A DNA stretch of 64,000 nucleotides, taken from contig CM052817.1 of the NCBI GenBank assembly GCA_028534125.1, forward strand, positions 53,570,001 to 53,634,000. Reading direction: 5' to 3'. Of the stretch, positions 26,040-37,126 are shown piece after piece (the stretch's first letter is position 1; each line of letters opens with the position of its first letter). This DNA comes from Lama glama. Taxonomy: Eukaryota. The notes under the pieces are model-generated. The model made no database searches, was not told the DNA's origin, and was given only the letters and a program-made list of their open reading frames with translations. The position numbers and the translations under genes were made by a program.

Positions 26040-27266
26040 ACTCTGGACATTGCTAAGGAAAGACTTTGTTAGAAAAAAACATTGCAAGAGAGGGAAAGGG
26101 TATTGTGACTGGGGGAGACTATTGCAAGAGGAAGAAAGCTCTGACCCTGAGATCTGCCAGTGTCCCAGAGGTCAGCCAGAAAAGGGTTTTCTTTTATAAG
26201 GAATAAATAAGGCTAAAATGGGTGGGAAAGTTAGTAGATAGTAGATAAGAAAAATTTTATCCTGATGCCTTAAAAATAGCTTAGGGGAGGCTATTAAGGA
26301 AGTTGTATGCTGCTCAGGCTGAGGGTATGTCTATGTTTACGGGCCTAAGAGCAGAAGAGAAGCTTAACCAAAGTCTGCTTAACAAGCATTTTGTTCCAAT
26401 AGATCAGTGAGGCACACTGTTCAGCTAATCATCAAAGGCAAAAAGGGGCATTCGGAGAGTCTGTGCCTGGCTCATCACGGGTAAACCAGGAGGCATCCCA
26501 CGTGGGATGGAAGGTTCTTCCAAGTAAAGCCTTTTCAGGAACACAAAATTGTTGTGTCATCAGCGGATGCAACCGGTGTTCCAGGTTCTTCTCCCATCCC
26601 AGAAAGAATTCAGAGACAAGACGTAGTGGTTAAAAAAGGTAAATAAAGTGAGGATTTATCAAAGGATGGATGATAGTACACCCTCAAGGGGAGAACGAGC
26701 AGGCTCAGGTGAGTGGCTGTCCTGTGTTTCTTTGGCAAGTTAGTTACATAGGGTGTAAAAATGAATGCGCAGAATATTCACTGAGGAGGGAAGGGCTTGG
26801 GGTCATATTTCCTGATTATCATCCCACCTCCACCTTCCCAAAGGGAGCAGGGATTTTGTCCTTGTTTAGTCTGGATCGGAAATGTCATGGTGTTGGTGTA
26901 TGATGGGTACTTCTGATCTGCAAGGCTAATTTTATTGAAATGAAAGCATAATGAGCAAAAGGTTACATTCGGACACTGGAAATTCCTGCCTTTTCTCACC
27001 TTTGTTTGCTGGTCTCCAGGCCAAAAGGTGTGGCCCCTTATCAGCCCAAAGATTCCTGCTTTTCTTTCTCTGCCCAGGGACTCCTGGTGCTTACATGATG
27101 TGTGGTTTCCTGCATTTGGCCTGTGCCCCTCCTTTCTGCCAATTCCTGCCACTTGGTTTGTGTCCCCCTTTCTCTGCTCATATCTAGCTATCTGCCTGCT
27201 CTAACAGTTAGGGGAGTTCTTTAACTTTCACTCTTCCAGGATCACAAGGCTAGTTCAATATCGTCA
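26040..27266 (-). mobile_element. Older ERV1-type LTR interrupted by a second LTR (halves ~26040-26554 and 27207-27266)
   Basis: LTR-like sequence (actattgcaag, ttttcttttataagg, aacaagcattttgttcc); acacaaaattgtt[g/a]ggggagttctttaac reads through once the inner LTR is removed; ends in ...cgtca. Confidence 0.6.
26555..27206 (-). mobile_element. Younger ERV1-class solo LTR (~650 bp)
   Basis: TG at 26555, CA at 27205-27206; flanked by gttg (26551-26554) and gtta (27207-27210), a near 4-bp TSD; retains CpGs; repeated cctgc units. Confidence 0.8.
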
Positions 27267-28924
27267 CTACTGATCTGTTTGGAAAATATTATCCTTTTCA
27301 GGACTGTTTCTATAATAAACAAGCAAACCAAGCTAATGATTTGTCCTAATTCTTCCTAGTAAGCATATATAAAGTTCTTTAAATTGGAATAAGCACCAGG
27401 ACCCCGTTTCAAATTACTTGACCCTTACGGTTTGAAAAACATAAGAGAAAAGGAAAAGCAAGAACAACAAAATTATACAATCTGGCTTTCATATAAAAGC
27501 ATCTTTTTATACCAGATTTTAACCAAAAGGACTCTAAGCTAAAGGATCCCATAGTGCTTGGAACTCAGGACAAATCCTAACATTGCTCATGCAAAACAAT
27601 GTAAGAAAACAGATCCAGAATGAGAGCCAAGAAAAGTAAAGAAGAGAAGATAAAGTGCAGAGGTCAACAAGGAGCTATTTTACCTACTGCTTCCCTAGCT
27701 CAGCTTCGGTAAGACATCTCAAAGGAATGGTGGTCCTTTTGCCTTCCAGACCTCTCTTTTTCTACTGTGTTTTCACACATAGACCAGAACAGAGAAAGCC
27801 TGAACTGCAGCTATTTAGAAGTAGCCTGTCACAGACTGTCAGCATCCAGTATCCGGAGAGAGTTATTAAGAATATTTCAGCATGAAATGCTAATGGGACT
27901 AGTGTTGTAATTGGAATGAAAATGTTGAGGATAATAATGTTGTTGTTGATGACGGTGATGATGATGGTGTAAAAAGACACATGCCCTGAGAAAGCTGTAA
28001 CCCTAAAGGGCATGACTTTTAACAGAGAAGAGATTTTTATCATCAGGCTATAAGGCCAATATAATGTGAATCCTGATTTTTTTTTTCTATGTTAACTTAT
28101 TTATTTTAACTACCATTTTAACTGCCATTTATAGGAGGACAATATTTTTCCACCTAGAAAGGCTATTGCAAGGGAGAATTAACTTAATTTGTGAAGCCCT
28201 TTGTAATTTCAAGTTATCCTTAAATCATTCCTTTCAACTACTCTGGTAAGGAGATATATCCAATGTCATGCTTTAAGAGCCAATTAATTTTTAAAGTCAG
28301 AAAGATATAAAATAGGCATGTACCTGCCCTGAGAATTTTGTTTATTACTCTGCCTTAGAGAAGGTTCCACGCTGAGAAATGAAGGTCTGCTGGCACTGCT
28401 ATCAAAATATATTTAAAGTCACACACTATAAATTAGCCAGGAAAATGACAGTACTATTTACCTCTCCTTGTCTAATCCTTGGTAATAGGCTTTTATTTTG
28501 TGTGACTGCAAACCATAAAGAACTTCTCTTCATTTTCTTTATTGTTGCAATTAGCCATATAAACTCAAATGCTCTAATTAATCAGAAGCAAACGCTGTGC
28601 TCTGCTCCCGTTTTTATCCACAGTGTCCAGAAGACAGCCAGCTCTCAGTGACCAGGCCACTGCATACTCTACTCTCACTCTGTCAATACTCAAACAAAAA
28701 TGCTGCTGGGGTCAGTTTTTGAGAATCCAATTAGTTTCCACACTTCGTTTACTGGTTTATCCCAGAGAACATTTCAGTAACTTCTCTTCTCTTAATATTC
28801 TTTTTAGAGAGGCAGCACTTATTTCTTCATGCTTTCTCCCACTGTTCTGAACAAGTCATCCTCTGAATAATACACCTCTTTCACATATTTTCAGTTTATT
28901 TCCCCAATCTCATTTGCCACTAGT

Positions 28925-29491
28925 TGATGTCCACACAGCAATGACATACCTTTTCTGGGCAGTCAGATAAGTGGGGGCATTGGGCAGATAGGTGGAGGAG
29001 AGGGAGGATGGTCCGGAAGACGACATTATGCCTGCCTCCGGCATAAAAGGACTTGACTTCTAAATGAGTGTCAGCAAGAAACTGGTTAGAACCTGACAGC
29101 CACAGCTGCGTGGCAGCAGAAAGGACTTAACTGGACAGGACCCAATGTTCACTGTATTATAATTAGAACTGCAGTTTAGGCCCCCCTCATCATGGGTTTT
29201 TCTGTGAACACCATGGGTAAGGACATGTGCAAAAGGGGACAAACATGACTAAGCATTCCAAGGACAAGAGCCGTCAATCAAGAGACCACCTCTAAGCAAG
29301 GGTGTAAGAGAAGGGGAGACAAAAGGTGCAGCTTTTCCTCCCTTGGATCACCTGCCTCCCGTTCTTGGAGGCGTACTTTTCCTTTTTTAAATATATCTTT
29401 TAAAATCTTTTGCTACACAACGCACCATCTCCCGACTATAAACTTATCTCAGGTATGACAAGAACTGAGGTCTTTACCTTTTGGTTTAACA
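28925..29491 (+). mobile_element. ERV1-class solo LTR
   Basis: GC/CpG-richer block with U3-R-U5-like order (tcaatcaagagaccacc, gtacttttccttttt, caagaactgagg) ending ttaaca; 5' boundary uncertain. Confidence 0.65.
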
Positions 29492-32377
29492 TATTTTAGT
29501 TATTTTTCATTAAAAATCCACCTTGGTTTGAATGCACAGCCACTATGTAAGTTTCTATGTTTGACAACTGTAGAAAAATTTATTTTCTCACTGAAGAAAA
29601 TGAGCGAAGAGATTTGCATGCTACTAATAGGGAGGATGAAGGACCAAAGTGGGATTTTAGAAAAGCTGGGTTTTTAAGCTATAGGACAAGAGCACCCCCA
29701 CCCCACGCTGCCAAATAACTGGAAACAACAGCATTTGGGGGAGGAGAAAGTTACAATAACATATCAAATAGAAGTTCTCACACTTCTGATCCAGCAATGT
29801 TGAGTGAAGGGAATTGTTCTTGAAGGGAAAAAAAGGTGAGGTAGTGGTAGTAGGTAAATATGTCAAGTCAGATTACAAGACAGGAGCTATAACAGAGGCA
29901 AGGCAGTTATTTTTGTCCCCTAAACTGAGTTATAGCCTTTGCAGATACAAAAGTTTCAGAGATGTGCATATTAAACCATGATGATATAATTTAATTTTCT
30001 CAAATGGATCATCCATTCTTTTGTATTTCTTGCGTAAATAAACCCTACCAAACTTTATTAAACAGATCCAATATTGCATCATGAAAATAACTTAACAGAA
30101 AGGAAAGAACACACCATGCATTCATGAATATAATAGTCACAGTTGTTAAGTACCTAGTAATCTATTTGGATGAAAGGTGCTATACAAATGTAAACCCATC
30201 ATTTACATAAATAGATTACATCTACAATTGGTTTGCAAACGTTTCTTAAGAGATTTCCACCTCTTAATTATTTTCTCTGAGCCCCTTCTTGCAATAACCA
30301 TTCATTATTGACAATACTGTAATGCAATTCTCTCTTCAAATAAAAGGTTTTATTGATTTAACTGGCTAAACACAGTAACTCAGAGACCCAGAGAAAGACT
30401 TCCATAATGATTTAAAAAAAAGATAAAGCAAGCAAAAAATAAAAACTTGAAAAGATAATGAAATGCAGATAGCAGCCAAACAATCATATTTTCTCTTATG
30501 TATTTTTCACAGAAAGAGAGGCTTTTTGAATGAAGATAAACTGAAAGGGAAAGGATATTTACTTCAATGCTCCCTTTATTTTCCTTTATTTCATTCTGTG
30601 TGATATATTAACAGAGAATACAGATACTACTACTACTAGGAGAACTGATGGGATATGAAATCTCTTGATGGTACATGTTTGTACACATGGACTGCAACTT
30701 TTGAGATTTTGAAGCATGGGGTTGTTGAGTTATAAAGCTCTCCAAGAGTGTTACTGGGAAAATTACAGTCTTCTTGAACAGATCTCATTAATGGAGGAAA
30801 TCAAGCTTAGCAGCTACTTCTAGCAGGAGTGACAGACTCAGAAAAAAAGAGAACAGGACCTACTGATGGATAGGGTCTTTTTTTTTTTTAATGTATTTTT
30901 TTATTTGTATGTGTTTGTGTTTTGCTTTAAGATTGGCTTGATAGAACAAAACTTTACATTGCTATTTCAAAGCTTTCTACCAGTTTCTTAGGTTTTCTAA
31001 GAGTAAAATGTTTTTTCTTCTTTTGCTTTGTATTTTTAATGCAAATCGAGCAAAGAAGTGGGGAAAAAGAGTTTTCTCTGAGAAATTAAGATTAAGGAAG
31101 CATATTTTTCCCTAATGTAAGATATCCCATGAAGGTTGTTTTTGCTTGTTTGTTTTTTAAGAATACATAAGGTAGGAATTAAAAGAAAAGTTAGATTTAA
31201 AAGAAGACAAAATTTAAACCTGTTCTTCTGTTTACTATAATTAATCCCAATCTTACTTATTCTGAGATCTTGTATTTAGGGTAACCACTTTTGCATAATT
31301 TCATTTCAAAATATTCACCTTATTGATAATTTATCATGCTGATTCACTTTTTTTTACGTTAGCATGCTTAATTTGTAAACAATTTAAGCATCCTGATGTT
31401 TAATATTATCTGGATGGTACCTAGATTTCAGAAAATACCAAAACATAGGATATCTCCTATAAAAGCTATTTGTTTTGAGGTCAACAAAGTATAAGGAAAT
31501 ATCTTCTGTCATTCTTGCTTGAAACCCATGATCCAAAATCACTCCTATACAGGAATTAGAAGGTTTCCTCTAGAGTTTAAATTGATATGCCTTACAACAT
31601 AAGAATGACCTATGCAGCTTAATTGATTTTTATAGTATGCAAACAAACTTGAATGAAAGCCAATGTTGAAAATCCTATGGTAGTTAAGAAGCACAAATTA
31701 GATCACAATAAGAACACACTTATATAATTTTGTATGCTTTTGAACTGAATAAGAAAATCTCCTTTCCCCCAAGATTTCCATGATTGGAATCCAAAGAACA
31801 TTCCTTCTAGTATAACTGTGTAAATTATATTTTTATAATTTGTTTTTATTCCCTTAACTTATGGACTATATTGTTTAAATTCAAAGGATAATAGGACTTA
31901 CCACAGTCATAAATATTGATATATCTTTTTAAAGTAAAAAGGAATTCAAGAGATACTTTAGCCCAGAATCCATAATCTTCAAATAGAACCAAACCTGGAG
32001 TTATCATAAAAATATCTATTTAATTTGGCTATCTTTGCATATCACGTTTTCATATGATCTTAGGAAAGAACTCATATCCAAGTTAATATCCCTGTATTTG
32101 ACAATAGTTTCCTTAGACCAATCCTTGCCAGAATTCAGGAAATAAATACTACTACAGGCTGTCACATTTTGATTAACTAAGGACTGTGAATAAAGGCTAA
32201 AAAAAAATGTCCTAGAAGAAGCCAAAGGGTCCCAAATGCTTACATGATTCTACTAGTGTAGCTATGATTTTCTTGAGGACAAGAATTCTAGAAAATAGCC
32301 TTATTTGAATTTAAGATGGCACAGTACTTTACACATGAAAAATACTCTACAAATAATAGTTGAATACTTTCAATTTT

Positions 32378-32990
32378 GCACTAGTTTTCTATTCCTTCAT
32401 AACAAATTGCTGCAAACGTAGCATCATAAAACAACATACATCATTATCTCACAATTCCTATAGCCTGGGAACCTGGGCACAGTTTAGATCAGTCCTCTAG
32501 TCAGCATTTCACATGGCTACATATCAATGTTTCTGCAAGACTATGTCCTCATCTGGAGGCTTGATTGGTGAAGAATCCACCTGCAAGCTATTTTTCCTTG
32601 CAGCCGTATGAGTTGAGGGCCTCAGCTTTTTCCTGACTGTTGGTTAGAGGCTGAACTCAGGTCCTAGATGATGTCCACAGGTCCTTGCCATATAGGCTTC
32701 TCTAACATGGATGCTTACTTCATGAAGTTCTCAAGGAGAATCTTTCACTCCCAGGAGAGCCTAGTCATTTTAAGCATTTTTATATGACTAAGTCAGGCCC
32801 ACTCAAGATTATCTCTCTTTTGATTAATGCAACATCAACTGATTTAGGGCCTTAACTACATCTGCAAAATTCCTTAACCTTTGCCATATTCTATTGACTA
32901 GTAGCAAATCACAGGTCCCACCTACACTCAAGGGACATGAACATTAGAGGGCAGGAATCATGGGGGCTACCCTAGAATCTGTCTGCCACA
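32378..32990 (-). mobile_element. MLT1E/F-like MaLR LTR
   Basis: tagttttctatt ... attatctcaca ... gaagaatccacctgcaagct ... ggtcccacctacactcaaggga ... tctgtctgccaca. Confidence 0.8.
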
Positions 32991-33019
32991 GAGGTGATCT
33001 GATTTACAAAAAAAAATCA

Positions 33020-33965
33020 CAAGCCTGTAGTTACACAAACACAACACTTACTGTCACTATCTGTGTGACATAAGACAAATCATTTCACCTCTTTAACCCT
33101 CAATCTCTTTATCTATAAAAAGGAAATGGTAACACTTTCGCATTGTGATCAGTATGAATTAAAAGTTATGAATGTGTAGGAATTCATGAATGGCTGGTAA
33201 TGACATTTTTATCCTCTAGCCATTGTGTGAGGAATCAGAAAGGATCAGAGCTTTGTCTTAAGTAAATTCACTGAATTTGTCAAACCTAAACTAAACCAAA
33301 AGTATCTGTCACTGATGCACACCAACTTCTTGCTTTCCTCTCTGGGCTCAATTCAACCTGATAGTAGGCCCTTGCACAAGCAAGGAAAAGATGAGCTGGT
33401 GTTTACTAAGAACCTAGCATTGGTCAGGCTTTGTGCTAAATGATGAGATAGAGACAGAGACAGAGATAGCAAAAGAGAGATAGAGATAGATACGTCTGTA
33501 TAAATATATATAAAATTTTCATATATGAGGGTAGAGAAACACTATTATTCCTATTTCACATGAGGAAACTAAATCTACGACTCTAAAGCAAACTAAGTAA
33601 CACTGTCACACATAGTGGCTAAGAACAAAAGGATTTAAGTTAAAATTTTATGTTTAAATGACAACTCTCAACTTGAACATATTACTTAATCTCTCTGTGC
33701 TGATAATAATACAGTTGGTCCTCCCATATGCTGGGGTTCCATGTCCACGGATATGGATTTCCAACTCCACTACACCATTTTTATGCAAGAGATTTGAGCA
33801 ACTGGATTTGAGTATCCGCAGGGGGCCTGGAACAAATTCCCCTACAGATACCAAGGGACAACTGTCCTTACCTTCATGGGTTGTTACAAATACTAACTGA
33901 AATAATGTGTAAAGCATCTTGCACTTCCCTAAAACACTATTCATATCAGCTCTTATTATCATGAT
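33020..33965. mobile_element. Cluster of MIR fragments in both orientations (~33020-33190 +, ~33400-33680 -, ~33865-33965 +)
   Basis: tgtgtgacataagacaaatcatttcacctc; tattcctatttcacatgaggaaact; aataatgtgtaaagcatcttgcac. Confidence 0.65.
33712..33864 (-). mobile_element. MER2/Tigger-family MITE
   Basis: Terminal inverted repeats cagttg...caactg, preceded by TA; reverse complement resembles the element at 12177. Confidence 0.75.
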
Positions 33966-34619
33966 TTTTATTTTTGGTAACAGTAGTATTAGAACTGTTT
34001 GGAATTGGGATTCAATTTCCAGTTCTGACCACTAATAATTTTCTTTTCTCTACACCATTGTATAAGGTGGTAATTCCCCTTGAAACTAAAGGTACACTCA
34101 GGAGAGTACCTAACCCAGTAGTCCTCCCTCTCCATTAATCATATTGCATTTTCAGATAATATATCTCCAAAAGAAAAAGTATCTAATAAAGAAAATCCAA
34201 ATAATAAAAAGTAAGGGATAGTATTACCTCAAAACTCACCCCATCTCAATACAAGTCTTTATGGGAAGAAAAAAAAAAACCCTTCAAATTAATATTAATC
34301 AGCCTCCCTCATGCATGTTAAATATTTCATCATCTAGTACATTAATTTAAATGGTAAATTTTATCTCCAGATTTTTCCCTAGAGATCCACTTTGATATCT
34401 TAAATTCCAGCTTTAAATAGAAATGGAAAATACTAGGACATGGAGGACAACATGGAAGTTACATCCATTGGGTTAAACTGGTTTCTGTGTGGGGTGTGGG
34501 AACAGGTGTCTAGTTGTCCAGGTTGAACATTTGTTTTAAACTGGTGACTGTTAATCACGTAATACCTCCCTATGAGAAAGGAAATTAGGAACTGATAGAA
34601 ATAACTAACCTCCCAAATG

Positions 34620-34842
34620 CATACACTTAGCTCATTTTACTTTCTTCATAAAAGTTACCATCATGTGAAATGATCTTATTCCTTCATCTGTTTACAAATT
34701 TACTAATCTATTCTTTATCACCCTCATCCAGAATGTAAGATAGGTCAGATCAAATGTCTTGTTTGTCTTGTTTACCACTTTAATATTAAAATCTAGAACA
34801 GCTCCTTGCACAGAATATAAGCTCCATAAGTATTTACAGAAC
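34620..34842 (+). mobile_element. L2 3' end fragment
   Basis: ccagaatgtaag ... gtcttgtttaccac ... tagaacagctccttgcacag ... ctccataagtattta. Confidence 0.65.
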
Positions 34843-34967
34843 CTCCTTTAGGGCTATTAATTAGGTCCAAGGAAAGAACTGGTTACGAACTCCATACACA
34901 TTTGCTTCATGGCCATGGAAGTATTTGATAAATATCTCATAGTAATTTTGATGTACTAGATAATTAA

Positions 34968-35140
34968 TTTTTAAACACCTTTACTGTGGTATGGTTCTTG
35001 CACAGAAAACTACACATATTTCAGATGTATACTTTGGTGAATTTTGATAGATATGTACACCAGTGAAACCATTACCACAATCAAGATAGCTAACATTTCC
35101 ATCACTCCCCAAAAGGTGCAATTTTCAAACTCCCAATTTA
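34968..35140 (-). mobile_element. Short 5'-truncated L1 3' end with degenerate TSD
   Basis: Reverse complement is closely similar to 50085-50256; flanked by tactagataattaattt (34954-34970) and tactaaatacttcattt (35139-35155), 14/17 identical. Confidence 0.8.
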
Positions 35141-37106
35141 CTAAATACTTCATTTGTAAAAGGAGATCATGACAAACATCAAGTCAAATGCTAGAAAAAT
35201 AAGCAATATCTATAGGGAGTTGTGGCCATTTGTATTTCAGTTACAATTTCTACAAGTTAAAAAATAAAATAATTTTATTCTCATCTGCAAATTGTTAAGC
35301 AAGAATTTGCATTTTCTTATCTTCTTTTTAACAGTTCTAAATCACTTTTTAAAAAAAATCAGATTTTGGCTTTGGAAGGAACCTTGGAAAGCATCCAGTC
35401 TGCCTCCTTATTTTCTAAATGCGTGCAGTGAAGCCTGGAGAGACTTAGAAACTTGCCTACATTACTCAGGTTTTAGCGCCCATGGAAACACTAGAAGTCA
35501 GGTCTCCTGACCACTAACTCCAGGCTTCTTTCCACTACATTTCTTGCCTTCTTAGCAAATTATTTTTCTAACTTCAGTCCAGCTCTTCAAGTTTTTTGGG
35601 TTTTGTTTTGTTGTCTTATTGGCCTTTTGACAGTTTTATGCATATTGCTTTTCACAGCACATCATCACAGATGCATTTATTACCACATAGCTTGATGTCT
35701 TATAGTTGGCCTCCAATATTTAAGGCAGATGCATTTTGTAATGCTTTGTCAGTTTTTCAATAAAGGAAAAGACAGCAGCTGAGGTATGTACGTGTTCTAT
35801 TAAAAACAGGGTAGCAGGACTATCAAGTTTTAAACTACTTTTGATGGCTTATATTAGCAAGCCTTGTCAGAATAAAGGGAACTCAAATTCTGATTGATTA
35901 GTGTTGTCTGGTACATCATAGTTGGCTGCCTTAGACCAAGGGTCGTGTGCTAATGCTATTTGTGTGCTAGTGACGTCTGTCAAAATGCGATCACGTGATT
36001 GCTGTTCTGCTGTCGCCATCACAAAAATAATGTGATGAATTTTATAAGAGGTTCTCGGTGCATAAAAATTTTGAATAAAGAAAAAAATGTGAGCATGGCA
36101 TGCAATATTTCAAGAATACTGTTCTATTTGTTTACTTCCCCTTTTAGATATTGTCTTCTAATATATCCTGCTTTACCTGTTTATTATTTTCTCTACCTCA
36201 GTGTCTACGGTGTAAGGAACATTGACATTTGGTAAATGTGTTTTGTTGTTTTGGTTGTCATGTGTTTCTGGAATGTATCTGAAAATGTAGAGAAGAGAAC
36301 ATGATACAACTTCTTCTTAGGTTTTTTCCTATCTAAACTTTAATATTTTGTTTCCTTTTAAAAGCTATGAGAATTCTAATAAACAAAGAAAATTCTGTTG
36401 TCTATGTAATACCCAAGATGCACTTCAGGCACTCCAACCCCAATAGTTTCCTTATAAATTGTTCACGTTCACTTTTGCTTAGTTAGTTTCTGTTTTCTTT
36501 ACTCCTAATTCTCAAGTTGAGTTTATTATAATACGGCAACTACCACAGGGGCTGGAAAGGTAATTGTTGTTTAGAGAATATTCCTTACCAGTATTTTTAT
36601 GTACTGGTCCTGGTTCTAACTCCTCAAATCAATTTTATCAATGGTGAAGACTTTCATGTGTTTAATCAAGATCAATTAGATCTTAGTGCTAATTCATCCC
36701 ATCTTTCTTAAGTATTTAATATCAAATGGGATGCAAATTTAGATAGCTGTCTACCTTCCCTAGCATTTTTAATATTTTTACAAATATATTTGCTTCAGGG
36801 GAAAAACTCATCTGCCAGTCATAGCTGAGCTCTCTAGTTTAAAATATACAGTTATAACCATGAAAAGTATTCCTCTATTATGTTGACACCAGGTGGAATT
36901 TAACCTCCTGAAGACATTATTCTATAATATCTATTGTTTCCCTGTTTTTTCCCATTTAAGGTACAAACGTTTGATGCTAACAGAGAAATTCCATCGAAAT
37001 CAATGATTTTTTAACTTTACAAAGATGATAAAAGGATTTACTGAAATTGAATGGATTATAGTCATGTCATGAGAAAAGCTCACAGTTTAGAGTACTATGC
37101 CATAGT

Positions 37107-37126
37107 TGTGTGTGTGTGTGTGTGTG
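37107..37126. repeat. (TG)n microsatellite
   Basis: Perfect TG run. Confidence 0.9.

Noticed and set aside
26670..27187. ORFs within the inner LTR as retroviral genes
   Set aside because: They lie inside a solo LTR and show no gag/pol/env motifs.
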